A DNA stretch of 64,000 nt from Podarcis muralis. Its lineage: Eukaryota. The stretch covers positions 25,792,001-25,856,000 of the forward strand of contig NC_135667.1 in assembly GCF_964188315.1 (NCBI RefSeq). Reading direction: 5' to 3'. Below, in pieces: positions 1 through 12,178 of the stretch. Each line of letters starts with the position of its first letter. The stretch's first letter is position 1. The position numbers were made by a program, and so were the translations under genes. Below the pieces are notes generated by a model. That model had not been told where the DNA came from, did no database searches, and was given only the letters and a program-made list of their open reading frames with translations.

Positions 1-372
1 TGACATCACTGCTAGGAAGTAACATTCTGTTCCTGCGAGACACCCAAAGAAATACAGCTGTGCAAAGCATCCATGAACAGAAATGGTTCTGTCTCCAGTC
101 AGAAAACTGACCAGCATCCTCGGCATGATGGCTGAGCTATAGCACGTCTCCAGGCAGGAGAGATTTCCTAGGAAGAAATACATGGGTGTGTGGAGGTGCT
201 GATTATTCACCACTAATAGAATAATGAGGATGTTTCCAGCCATGGTCACAAGGTAGATAGGTAGAAACAACACAGAAAATAAAACCTGCAGATCTTCATT
301 ATTAAAGTCCAAGAGGATGAATGTTATGGGCTCTGTTTGATTTCCATCTTCCTCATTGCTCTTTATTGACAT
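1..372 (-). CDS. Olfactory receptor (class II), 5' 124 codons only; continues beyond the left edge of the window
   Basis: Manual minus-strand translation MSIKSNEEDGNQTEPITFILLDF...GNILII...LHTPMYFFLGNLSCLETCYSS...ECYFLAVMS, open from the ATG at 372-370 to base 1. The ATG directly follows a polypyrimidine/CAG acceptor. Close paralogue of 12179-13135. Confidence 0.9.
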   Translation of the reverse strand, partial: MSIKSNEEDGNQTEPITFILLDFNNEDLQVLFSVLFLPIYLVTMAGNILIILLVVNNQHLHTPMYFFLGNLSCLETCYSSAIMPRMLVSFLTGDRTISVHGCFAQLYFFGCLAGTECYFLAVMS

Positions 373-719
373 CTGGGGGGGGGGGACAGAAAATATTGTT
401 TAAAACATTGACATGTATATATGACCAGGGGGGTTTGTCAACCAGAAGTCACTGGAACTCAGTTCCGGCCCCTCTCAGGTGGTCACAATTGCCATTATAA
501 GAGAGCAAGGGAGACATTCATGGTGAGTTTCGGCACCTCTTTTTCTAGAACAAATAGCACTGTATATGACAGAGGGTTCACATTAAGTGAAACACAAATT
601 GAATTACAATGGTAATGGCTAGGGCTGTGCAAAGGATTGGATTGAGATTTAAATCCTGAGCTAAATAAGACCTATTTGGAGAGATCTATTTGTGGATCCC
701 TTTGTCCTGGGCTGTCAGG

Positions 720-1710
720 GAGTGGAGTTTCAGGCAGGAGAGAGAGACTGTCATGAGGCAGAAAAAGGAGAAAGAGCAGAAAATCCATTTGGCAGCTACA
801 TTTTTGACAGAGAATGTATCTGTGTGAGGTGGACAGGTTGATGGATTTCTCCTTCTTCCTGCTTGGCCTCTCCTCCTTCCTGCCTTCTAAAGTGGCATAG
901 CACAGGATCAAACTCTCTCTGTTATGAGCTCTTAACCAGGAAATTCTTTACCTCGCACAGTGCTGATCACTAGGTTTTTTGTGAGAGGCTTGCCTTGCTT
1001 GTAGGGAAGCTGCTTGTGAAAGAACATCACCATACATGATTGGCTCCTCCTGCTTAATAGCTGGGAAGCTGGGAAGTAGGAGAATCTGATCCTTCACAGT
1101 GCTGGTGCTTTCATTTCCAACTGCATTTTTAAGCTGTATGTTGACTCTTTGTTAAATGCAGCAGGGGTAAGTAGTTTCCAGGTTGACCCAAGGCAAATTG
1201 GCTCTATCTGGGAGCCAAAGATTGCAGCTGATTGGACATATATAGGTTCATGGTGAAAGAGTTGCCTGGGCTTCTTAAATTAAAACCTGAACAGCAGGGC
1301 GTGAGAATTCAGGCAGGAAGGAGAGGCAGGCATGAGAAAGGAGAAGGAGGAAGCATAAAATGAAGGGACCTACTGGGCAGCTGCATCTTCAAGGGACAAG
1401 GTATGGATGCAGGTGGATGCCTTTCCTTCCCAACCTCTAACTTTTCCTGCCAGGCCTCTACTTCTTGCTGACCCTTGAAGCAGCACTGCACAGAATTGGA
1501 TCTTCTCATTTAACAACTCTCAACCAGGAAATCTGGAAGCTGTTCAGTACTGGTTTCTTTTCTTTTGTGAGCAGTTTCCCTTCCATACGGGGAATCTGCT
1601 CACAAAGGAGCAGAATTAGATCCCCTTGCTTAAAAACGGGTAAGTGGGGGGATCTGATCCTGCACAGTTCTGGTACACCCTTTCCCAACCATATATTTAA
1701 ACTCTATGTG
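720..1710. repeat. Old diverged tandem duplication of about 580 bp period (about 720-1140 vs about 1305-1710)
   Basis: Colinear shared anchors: ttcaggcagga, ggcagct(a/g)cat, aaccaggaaat, atctgatcct(t/g)cacagt(g/t)ctggt. Confidence 0.65.
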
Positions 1711-2940
1711 TCTTGTATGTTAAAATATGATATAATATTAAAATAATATATAATATTAAAATATTTTAGCTATGCCTCCCAGGGGCCAAATATTAGAGCC
1801 ACATGGTAAATACTCCCAGGTATTTGTTTGCTTTCGTTTCTCAGAGCTATTTTGAAGGGAGGGAAGCTGAAATCCTATATTGGCTTAACTGAGAGTAAGC
1901 GCCAGTGAAATTAGTTGAATTTACTACTGATTAGACACATTATAGGATTGCGCTTAAATAGTTGACTGTGCTCCTTACCTTAAAGCTAGAACAAACCAGA
2001 TTCTTGAAGAATTATGGGTTTTCCTCTCTGCATCACACCAAAATGTGTCTCACGGAAAAAATTGCACAAGCATCATTTCTGCACGACCAACACATGTCAG
2101 ATCTTGAATGTATGTCTTGTTAGCAACTGTTCTGCATCTAGTAGTTTCAAGTATACATCTGGAGGATTTCCCTGAAGTCTTGAAAATCTGATGCTGCACT
2201 GAAAATTTTGATGCATTTCTTCTTGATATTTGTCAGCTCTTGCAAGATGCAACTATTCCATAGTTTATGTAAGCATCCAACTCTATTAATCTGCTTGCAA
2301 AATCTCAATGGGAAATCGACACAGAAAAGTCAATGCCTAAATCATAAGGGAAATTAGTGGTTCTCCTAACACTATATCCATAACTTCCTTCCTGGCAAAT
2401 CCCTGATGGATTTGTTTAACTCAAGGGAACCCTGTGATATCTTAAGCTCAAGGACAGTTTAAAAATCCATAAATAAGCATGCTACAAAAAAAAATCTATT
2501 AGAAATCATAATTTATAAAAACCTTTCTGGGTTATCCAAAGTTGAGATTCTGTATTCTGACTAAGTGATATCTGCCCATTTCATTCTCCATAATATAAAT
2601 TAGAATACTGGTTTATATGACATGAATGATCCTTCTAGGCTAGCATAGTGAGACTTCCAGGGCTGCACCATGTTCATACAGGACCACTATTCAGCATGCC
2701 AATTAGAAATTTCATTCTCTCTCCATTAGGACTAGTTTATGTCTAGTAGTGTTGGTTTTTCTTCGTAGTCTTATTGATTTTATTTCCATGCTTTTTACTT
2801 GATTGCTAGTTAGTTTGGTCTTTGCCATGGCAAAAAGAAAGGCGCCAAATTGGAGGATAGATGAAATACTACATCGTAAAGTCACATGGCCATTGGCTGG
2901 CTAAATATGGACATACAACTTTGTTCCATTTGAATCTAGA

Positions 2941-3053
2941 TATGGAGAAACAATATAGAAAACAAAACCCAAATATCTTCATTATTCAACCATAAGAATG
3001 AAATTTATGGGTTTTGATTGATTTCGCTGTTTCTCATTGCTTTTCAGTTGCAT
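2941..3053 (-). pseudogene. OR pseudogene remnant (N-terminus to TM1 only)
   Basis: ag|ATG-QLKSNEKQRNQSKPINFIL then stops. The N-terminus and upstream flank (to about 3520) align with 7565-7997. Confidence 0.75.
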
Positions 3054-3226
3054 CTAAATAAATCATACAGAATCTAGAAAAAAAATAGACTTGAATATAT
3101 GATGTTGAAGTCACTTTGGAAGGTAATATCAAGGACATATCAAATGATTGTGGTTTGCATATGACCCATTTTAAAGATACATACAAAAATATGCTTTGAT
3201 ACTTTTAGCACTACTTTCTCCTGTCA

Positions 3227-3420
3227 NNNNNNNNNNNNNNNNNNNNNNNNNNNNNNNNNNNNNNNNNNNNNNNNNNNNNNNNNNNNNNNNNNNNNNNNNN
3301 NNNNNNNNNNNNNNNNNNNNNNNNNNNNNNNNNNNNNNNNNNNNNNNNNNNNNNNNNNNNNNNNNNNNNNNNNNNNNNNNNNNNNNNNNNNNNNNNNNNN
3401 NNNNNNNNNNNNNNNNNNNN
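3227..3420. other. Assembly gap (N run)
   Basis: 194 N. Confidence 1.
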
Positions 3421-3959
3421 ACAAGAATGGGTTTCAAAGCTTTACTGGACACAGCCTTATAATATTTACAAAGAAACATAACAAAATACAAAGTAACACA
3501 TAGCTATTTAACAGCAAGCAATGTGGTCCCATCTTCTTTTAAGTCCTTCATACAGTTCCAAAAACTTTCCTTTTTCTAGTGCCAGATAGATCCTAAGCAA
3601 CTTGCTTCCATCAGCATCAGAGCTTAGCCACTTGTGCCTAATGCAAACTTTTCTTGTAAAATGTTTTCAAACACAATGCCTACAAAAAATGCATTTTATG
3701 CGTATTAAACTTACACCTTAAACCATTTTTACAATGAAGACAATATAGTAGCATACTAAAAATTGAAAGGAAATAGAAACAACTCAGACTTGGATTGGTT
3801 ACAGATCAACCAATTGAACGATCTTCTGAGAATTCAAGTCAACAGCAACTTTACTAATCCAAGCAACAGTATTGAATCAGGATGATGCAGGGAGGGGACT
3901 GGAATCCACAATGTCCAAACAGCAGTTGCACCAGTGCTTATTTCTGGTATTCTCCGATA

Positions 3960-4925
3960 TCAATGAATACAAGAACAAAACCCAAATTGGCACAATGCTT
4001 TTCTAAGAATATCCTTTACATCTTTGTTCCTTAGGCTGTATATGAAAGGATTAGCCATTGGAGTTAGAATTGTGTACAAGAAGGAAAAAACCTTATTTAG
4101 ATCTTTGAATTTACCACTTGTTGGTAAGATGTAGACAAACGTTAAAGATCCATAGAAAACCGAAACAACAGTGAGATGAGAAGAGCAAGTGGAAAAGGCC
4201 TTTTGCCTCCCAGTCATAGATGGGATTTTTAGGATTGTACTGATGATAAAAATGTAAGATGTTACAGTTATGAGAAATGTGGGTAGAATTCCGATGGATG
4301 ATGTTATGAATGCTGCAGTTTCAATAACCCGGGTATCACTGCAAGACAGTCTTACTAAAGGTGTAAAATCACAAAAGAAATGGTCAATTTGATATTGACT
4401 GCAGAAAGTGAGCTGGGTCAACAAAGATGTTAAGATGGTTATAAGCAGCGACCCAATTAACCAGGATACTGAAACCAGCAGGATGCATGTTCTGTTGTCC
4501 ATAAGCGTGACATAATGCAATGGTCTACATATTGCTAGGTAGCGATCATATGACATCACTGCCAAGAGGTAACATTCAGTAGCTCCCAAGGTGGAAAATA
4601 TATGCATCTGTAGGATGCAGCCCACAAAAGAAATGGTTTTGTCTCCTGTCAGAAAACTGTTCAGCATTCTTGGTAAGATAGTCGAGGTGTAGCATATCTC
4701 CACGAAGGACAAATTTGACAGAAAGAAATACATGGGAGTGTGAAGGTGCTGCTCAGCCATGACAAGTGCAACTATGAGGAGATTACCAGACAGAGTCACA
4801 ATATAGATGACTAGAAATAACAAAAAGAGGAGTATATTCAGGTTCTCAACATTCCTAAATCCAAGGAGAATGATTTCAGTGATACCTGTTACGTTTTGCC
4901 ATTCTGAGTTTTTCAAATGCTGCAT
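3960..4925 (-). CDS. Olfactory receptor (class II), intact, 321 aa (copy A1)
   Basis: N-glycosylation site NVT, GN in TM1, LHTPMYFFL, MSYDRYLAIC.PLHY, DHFFCD, KAFSTCSSHL, PFIYSLRNKDV. TAG acceptor directly before the ATG. Confidence 0.97.
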   Translation of the reverse strand: MQHLKNSEWQNVTGITEIILLGFRNVENLNILLFLLFLVIYIVTLSGNLLIVALVMAEQHLHTPMYFFLSNLSFVEICYTSTILPRMLNSFLTGDKTISFVGCILQMHIFSTLGATECYLLAVMSYDRYLAICRPLHYVTLMDNRTCILLVSVSWLIGSLLITILTSLLTQLTFCSQYQIDHFFCDFTPLVRLSCSDTRVIETAAFITSSIGILPTFLITVTSYIFIISTILKIPSMTGRQKAFSTCSSHLTVVSVFYGSLTFVYILPTSGKFKDLNKVFSFLYTILTPMANPFIYSLRNKDVKDILRKALCQFGFCSCIH

Positions 4926-5518
4926 CTATAGATAGGAAGTAATATACTGAGTAATTGAAAAAAAAAATAGGTTTCCACCCCCATCCCCACACAAGAATTA
5001 AGCAACCATCACTCAACACACATACACTATTGTGCCATATACATGTCTTTTTTAGCAGGGCCATTTTAAATCAGCACTTGTATTGGTTTTGCTGCATCTC
5101 TTGACAAGTTGCTATGTAATATGTTTGTTCACTTCTCATGGGCTGCAGAAAATCTGCAGAAAATTCTTGACTCGGAAGAAGGGCACTTTCAAACTGCCAT
5201 TATTTGGGGGCGGGATTCAATCACTGACTGGCAAATTCAGGGTGCAAAAGTAAAAAAGAAAGAAATGGCTTGTGCTGTTGTGCAACATATCTGGCTCCCC
5301 ACAAATCCACAATAAGGGGAACTGCTCTTAAATGTGTGGAATAACTATTGCAACATCGTGTAACTTCCCTGATGCTGTCTATCCTCTCTGCAAACTTTGT
5401 GCAAAGCAATCAAGATGACTCTTGATTCTAAGTCATCTAGAAGCAACTTGAGACATGTGGAAACAGGTGTGCACTTCATAGCAAATATAGATAAGTTGGA
5501 TGGGTGTAAGGTGTAAAA

Positions 5519-5643
5519 CAGGCATAGGCAAACTCCGGCCCCCCAAGATGTTTTGGAACTACAATTCCCATCATCCCTGACTACTGGTCTTGTTAGCTAG
5601 GGATGATGGAAATTGTAGTTCCAAAACAGTTTGCCTATGCCTG
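5519..5643. mobile_element. hAT-type MITE
   Basis: Terminal inverted repeats CAGGCATAGGCAAAC / GTTTGCCTATGCCTG, palindromic interior, perfect 8-bp TSD GTGTAAAA (5511-5518 and 5644-5651). Confidence 0.92.
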
Positions 5644-5783
5644 GTGTAAAAGAAAAAGGAGGTGTGTGCAATGTAAGGAAGATTCATGATTGAAGTTTTG
5701 AGCCAATGTTAGTCTAAATGTTTTGGCTGCTGATTATTATCCCCTCCTTTTTTAAAAAAAATCATAGCCTCGGTTCCTTTAAA

Positions 5784-6045
5784 CTAGAAATCTAACCTGC
5801 AGTGTGTTGAAAAGAGCAGGTAGATAGTAGCTTTTGCCATGGATGGGATTTTCAGGTCTGTGCTGCTGTCGAAAATAAAAGGTATCACAGTTTTAAGAAA
5901 AATAGACAGAATTCGTGTGGCTGGTGCTGTAGTTTCAATTACCCAGGTGTAATGGCAAGGACGTTTCACCATGGGTGCAAAACTGCAAAATAAATGGTTT
6001 TATATTGGCTGCAGAAAGGGAGTCATGTCATCTACAACTAACAAA
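5784..6045 (-). pseudogene. Degraded internal OR fragment (ECL2-TM5-ICL3)
   Basis: Translation NHLFCSFAPMVKRPCHYTWVIETTA...LKIPSM aligns with OR-A DHFFCDFTPLVRLSCSDTWVIETAA...LKIPSM; contains an in-frame stop and a frameshift. Confidence 0.75.
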
Positions 6046-7336
6046 TAATATACTGAGTCAAGGACTCTTACGGAATTAGTCAACATCAATCCAAAACATA
6101 AATGTTCATGTCAGATACTGTATCCATCTTTTGAACAATGTTGTTTGGTATTTTTTTTAAATGCATAATTGAGTTCCCTTCTCATAAACAGTGGAAAACA
6201 TAATAGACTCAAAATAAGAATTATGAAAGCATGATATTCATGGGAGAACATGGGGTGCATTGCAGGGAAGAGCAGTAATAATGGGGACAGCTGGATTTCA
6301 AGAAAACATGCCAAACATTGCTGCTCTTCTCATTAAAGATTGTTCCCACTGAGGAATCTTCAATAAGATCCTAAATGAGGCAAAAAAAAAAAAAAAAATC
6401 CCTGGAAGGAGTAGAATTTTTAAAAATCTACTTTAAGCAATTTACCTAAAATCTGAGTGTACCTGCTTTTTCACATCCATTTCTAGAAGGTTCTTTCTTT
6501 CATGATGTTTGTAAGTCCAGGTGATGTCTTTCTGGCTTACCCATTGATATGTCCAAACTATTAAGAAGAAGGCTATGAAACACTGAATATATTCATTTGT
6601 ATTTATATTTGTATCTGCACAGTCTCACAGACACATTCTCTCTCATATTCCAGGTTAATTGCATTATTCTTTTATTCTCAGTGGGGAAAGCCAAGCAGAA
6701 CACAAAAGCCCCCAAGAGCCATTGTTGATTGCAAATTAAGTTTCTATTCAAGGGAGACTATTGGTCAGGTAGGAGAGAGAGGCAGAGCATAAACACAGAG
6801 GATGAAAGAATGAACAGATATCATCTTATTATGTCTCTCACATATTTAAAATGGCAGCCCTCCAGTCAGGAGAACCAATGTTATCATAATCTAACTATGC
6901 CTAATTTTCACAGAAATATAAAATAACATGGTAGACCTATTTCTGGACTGTGTGTCCTCAGACCTCAGGTGAGGGCTCACATGTCTGTTCACCTGCTATC
7001 TATATTCATGAAGGGTGGGATATAAACATTATTAATAGAAATGTCCATCTATAGATAGAGATACATTCTCTGAGCACAGAAATTTAATTAAGAATGAGCC
7101 AAAACATATCCAACCCAATTAGTTTCCACCTTTGTACGTGGCAAAAATGGCACACCCATTTTGGACTTTTTGTTCAGGGATTAGAAATAAGCTTCTAGAA
7201 CACTAGCTTGGCTTCCCAGTGGCACTGATGATGGTGCTCCTCACAGTTGCTAATGACTAATGCTTTTCCATGGGATGTTGCTATATGGTGAATGCCATTG
7301 TTCTGAGGCGGCTCTTTCTGTGAGGGGTACTGCAGC

Positions 7337-7678
7337 ATTTTGAAGTTGCAAGAAGCCCCAATAAACATAGTGGTGCAAAGCATCCATTGATAGAAATGTT
7401 TCTGCCTCCAGTCAGAAAAGTGACCAGTATCTTTGGCATGAGAGTTGAGCTATAGCAAGTCTCCAGACAGGAGAGATTTCCCAGGAAGAAATACATGAGT
7501 GTGTGAAGAAGCTGATCAAGAATCACTAGAATAATAATGAGGATGTTTCCAGCTATGGTTATATAGGTAGAAACAATATAGCAAATAAAACTCACATATC
7601 TTCATTATTAAAGTACAAGAGGATGAATGTTATGGACTCTGTTTTATTTCCTTGTTTCTTATTGCTTTTCAATTGCAC
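7337..7678 (-). pseudogene. OR pseudogene (B-type), truncated in TM3
   Basis: ag|GTG-QLKSNKKQGNKTESITFILL, TGA at 7594-7592, frameshifting deletion near 7560, then GNIL...LHTLMYFFLGNLSCLETCYSS...LATSKC. It is then fused to sequence matching the 3' flank of 12179-13135 (about 11450-11500). Confidence 0.9.
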
Positions 7679-8430
7679 CTAAATAAATCAGATGATATCT
7701 AGAAAAAATTAAGACTTGAATATTCATAGGGTAATATAAATGACATATCAAAAGATTTTTGTTTTCAAGTAACCCATTTTAAAGAGACATACAAAATTAT
7801 GCTTTTATACTTTCAGCAGTTCTCATATTATTAAGATGCCTTGAGTCCCATCAAGGAACAAGACAGGGTATAAATAAATAAAAAAATAATAGCTTTCCAC
7901 CACAAGAATGAGTTTCAAAGATTTACTGGAAACAGCCTTAAAATATTTACAAAGAAACAATACAAAATACAAAGTAATGCATTGCTCTTTAACAGCAGTT
8001 GAGGAGAGTAAAGTGAGCTTCAGTCTATTTTAAGCTGATGCTGAGGCCTTACCTGGGTGATCAAAGTTTGTTCCAACGCGAATCACATGGTTGCCCTTGG
8101 TTTTAGAACAAAACAACTACTGTAATCCTAAGTGGACAGCATCCAGTCTAAAAGTGCTGCTAAGTATTGGAATAACTGTCAAATTGTGATTTTATGGGTA
8201 TATGATTATTTAAAACCATTCAGTCAATAGTTATCTTGTTTAAGGTATACAATATTGTATAATGCATTTTATACAATTTTTCAATACATTGTGATCATAT
8301 ATAATATACACAATCAGCAAATCAATATACAAGGTTTTTGAGATATATAAAACGTAACAGCACATAGACAGTATCCATTAACAGCAAAATAAGAGTAGAG
8401 GCATATTCATCATGGTTTGTATCCATCTAA

Positions 8431-8619
8431 GAGCAGATCCACACCGAACATTCAAAACGCATCCAAAGTACACTTAAAGCACATGGTTTCTGCCAGAAAA
8501 TTCTGGGAAATGTATTTGTTAAAAATGCAGAGAATTGTATCTCTGTAAATGGAAAAATGCAGTTCCCAAGGCTCTTTGGGGAAAAACATGTACCTTAAAT
8601 ATATGATATGGGTCGGCCC
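8431..8619. mobile_element. Palindromic MITE, PIF/Harbinger-like
   Basis: Degenerate TIRs (gagcagatccacacc / gatatgggtcggccc), self-complementary interior, flanked by TAA and TTA. Confidence 0.55.
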
Positions 8620-8807
8620 TTAGTCACAATCATAGCAGACCTATTAAAATTGATGGATTTAATTAGTCTTGTCCATGGATTTCAATGTATCTATGACTTA
8701 GTTGGATTCAAACCCATTCATGTAATTAAACACACAGACGTGAATAACAGATCTCTGTGACCTTCAATAACAGTTACACCAGTCCTTATTTCTGGGATTC
8801 TCTGATA

Positions 8808-9773
8808 TCAATGAATACAAGAAAAACACCCAAATTGGCACAATGCTTTTCTAAGGGTGTCCTTTACATCTTTGTTCCTTAGGCTGTATATGAAAGGATT
8901 GGCCACTGGAGTTAGGATTGTGTACAAGAAGGAGAAAACCTTATTTAGTTCTTTGAATTGACCAGTTGTTGGTAAGATGTAGACAAACATTAAAGATCCA
9001 TAGAAAACCGAAACAACAGTGAGATGAGAAGAGCAAGTGGAAAAGGCCTTTTGCCTCCCAGTCATAGATGGGATTTTTAGGATTGTACTGATGATAAAAA
9101 TGTAAGATGTTACAGTTATGAGAAATGTGGGTAGAATTCCGATGGATGATGTTATGAAAGCAGCAGTTTCAATAACCCAGGTGTCACTGCAAGACAGTCT
9201 TACTAAAGGTGTAAAATCACAAAAGAAATGGTCAATTTGATATTGACTGCAGAAAGTGAGCTGGGTCAACAAAGATGTTAAGATGGTTATAAGCAGCGAC
9301 CCAATTAACCAGGATACTGAAACCAGCAGGATGCATGTTCTGTTGTCCATAAGTGTGACATAATGCAAAGGTCTACATATGGCTAGGTAGCGATCATATG
9401 ACATCACTGCCAAGAGGTAACATTCAGTAGCTGCCAGGGTGGAAAATATATGCATCTGTAGGATGCAGCCCACAAAAGAAATGGTTTTGTCCCCTGTAAG
9501 AAAACTGTTCAGCATTCTTGGTAAGATATTTGAGGTGTAGCATATCTCCACGAAGGACAAATTTGACAGAAAGAAATACATGGGAGTGTGAAGGTGCTGC
9601 TCAGCCATGACAAGTGCAACTATGAGGAGATTACCAGACAGAGTCACAATATAGATGACTAGAAATAACAAAAAGAGGAGTATATTCAGGTTCTCAACAT
9701 TTCTAAATCCAAGGAGAAGGAATTCGGTGATACCTGTTATGTTTTGCCATTCTGAGTTTTTCAAATGCTGCAT
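8808..9773 (-). CDS. Olfactory receptor (class II), intact, 321 aa (copy A2)
   Basis: All OR motifs present; about 95% amino-acid identical to 3960-4925 by eye. Confidence 0.97.
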   Translation of the reverse strand: MQHLKNSEWQNITGITEFLLLGFRNVENLNILLFLLFLVIYIVTLSGNLLIVALVMAEQHLHTPMYFFLSNLSFVEICYTSNILPRMLNSFLTGDKTISFVGCILQMHIFSTLAATECYLLAVMSYDRYLAICRPLHYVTLMDNRTCILLVSVSWLIGSLLITILTSLLTQLTFCSQYQIDHFFCDFTPLVRLSCSDTWVIETAAFITSSIGILPTFLITVTSYIFIISTILKIPSMTGRQKAFSTCSSHLTVVSVFYGSLMFVYILPTTGQFKELNKVFSFLYTILTPVANPFIYSLRNKDVKDTLRKALCQFGCFSCIH

Positions 9774-9798
9774 CTATAGATAGGAAGTAATATACTGA

Positions 9799-9968
9799 GT
9801 AATTGAAAAAATAGGTTTCCACCCCCATCCCCACACAAGTATTAAGCAACCATCACTCAACACACATACACCATTGTGCCATATACATGTAATTGAAGTA
9901 ATTGAAAAATTAGGTTCCCCCCATCCCCACACAAGAATTAAGCAACCATCATTCAACACACATACACC
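9799..9968. repeat. About 99-bp local tandem duplication in the intron upstream of OR-A2
   Basis: gtaattgaaaaa...ccccacacaag(t/a)attaagcaaccatca(c/t)tcaacacacatacacc occurs at 9799 and 9898; it is single-copy at the A1 locus (4951-5025). Confidence 0.9.
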
Positions 9969-12178
9969 CGTGCTTGCATTGTTTTTGCTGCAACTATTAA
10001 CAAGTTGCTATGTAGTGTGTTTGTTCACTTCTCATGAGCTGCAGAAAATCCTTGACTCAGAAGAAGGGCACTGTCAAACTGCCACTATTCAGGAGGAGGT
10101 TCAATCACAGACAGGCAAATTCAGGGTGCAAAAGTGAAAAAGAAAATTGGTTGTGCAACAGATCTGCTTCCCTACAAATCCACAATAGGAGGAACAGCAC
10201 TTAAAAGTGTGGGATAAAAATAAATTATTTTATATTGGCTCTAGAAAGAGAGTGATGTTTTCTATAAGTAAAAGATAACATACTGAGTCAGAGATCCTTA
10301 AAAATTAATTTTAAAAAATGTTCATGTCTGATATCCATATTTTGAACAATGTTGCATGGTATAAAATTTGCAAAATTCTCCCTCTTTTAAGCAGTGGAAA
10401 ACCTAATTGAATAAAATAAAAAATTATGAAACCCTGTGAATAATGGGAGAGAACTGGGTGCATTGTTAGGTAATCTGAAATAATGGGGAGCTGGCTATCA
10501 GGAAAACTTGCTTCTCTTCTCATTAAGGATTGTTCCCATTGAAGAATCATCAACAAGATCCTAAATCAGTCAAAAATCCCTGAAATGAATGTAAAAATGG
10601 GGGGGGGGGTACCTAAAGCAATTTTACCCAAAATCTCAGTGTACCTGCTGCTGAGGGCAACACGTTTTCACATCCATTTCTAGAAAGTTCTTTGTTTCAT
10701 GATGTTTGAAAGGCCAGGTAACATCATTGATCTGTTTATACTATTAAGAAGAAGGCTCTGACACACTGAATATATTAATTTGTATTTATATTTGTATCTG
10801 CACAGTCTCACAGACACATTCTTTCTCATATTCCAGGTTGATTACACCATTCTTTTATTCTCAGTGGGAAAAGCCAAGCAGAACACAAAAGCCCCCAAGA
10901 ACCATTGTTGACTGCAAATGAAGTTTCTACCCAAGGGAGACCACTGGTCAGGTGGGAGAGAGAGGCAGAGCATAAACATAGAGAATGAAAGAATGAACAG
11001 ATATCATCTCATTATTTCTCTCACATGTTTGAAATGGCAGTCCTTCAGCCAGGAGAACTGATCTTATCATAATATAACTTACACCTAGTTCTCACATAAA
11101 TATAAAATGAAATGGTAAATCTATTTTTAGACTGTTTCACCCCAAATATCAAGTCTGGACTCACATGAAAGCATTCCAGATCCCACCTGCTTTCTTTATT
11201 CATGAAGGGTTGTATATAAACATTGTTGTTGTTGTTGTTGTTATATAAACATTATTAATAAATAGGTTTATCTATAGAAATACATTCTCTGATCACAGAA
11301 ATTTAGCATGTAAAGTAGAAACATATAATTAAGAGCCAAAACATATCCACCCCAATTAGTTTCCACATTTGTACGTGGCAAAACTGGAACACCCATTTCA
11401 TATATTTTTGGGGTGATGTTTTTCCTCACTGAACTAATGACTGGTGCTTTTCCATAGAATGATGCTGTATAATGATGGGCATTGCTTTGAGGGGACTCCT
11501 AGTGGGAGGGAATCTGGTATCAAGAAACAAGTGTTGGCAAAAACAACCAAAACAAATGCTTGTGTTGAAGTTTCAGAGCAATTTTCACTCCCTTTTATTC
11601 ATCCCAACTCAGAAAAGAATGAGTTAAACTTTCAGTCTAGTGCATATTAATCTCAGTATAGGTTAACATCTCACTATTTTGCTTGACAGCCCAGTTTTCT
11701 GTGTGCATGGAATTTATATTGTATTATTGAACATTGTGTCATTTGTGACTACTCCTGCTGTTTAGGCTGGCATAGTCCAGAAATGGCTTTACTGTCTTCT
11801 CAGTAAGGAGTGGGCTTGAAGGAGAGATTGTGAAAGTCATACTAGTGGCTGGCATGTGAGAGGATTTGAGTCCTACTGTCAGTTGAGGCTTACTTCAGAA
11901 TTCAGAATAGGGAAAGATGAAAAAATTGATTGGTCTGCTCTTCACAATGAAAATATTTTGTGTTTCAAATGTGATTGTGGATAAGAATGCAACTCACATG
12001 CTTCTCTAGATTTTGCAGCGCAGTTTCAATGAGAAAAAACATATGCAAAAGATCCTTACCTGATTAAGATTTCAACTAAATACATCATGTGGATATAATA
12101 GAAGACAATGAAAACCATTGAAATAATTAAATCTATGTTAATGAAGCATCCTCATCGTCCCCCACATTATCCTCAATC

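Larger units (their letters stand above)
3920..7680. repeat. Segmental tandem duplication, copy 1 (OR-A + intergenic + OR-B); copy 2 at about 8770-13135
   Basis: OR-A CDSs are offset by 4848 bp. Intergenic blocks 5110-5350 ~ 10015-10215 and 6000-7170 ~ 10225-11400 are colinear. Confidence 0.9.
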
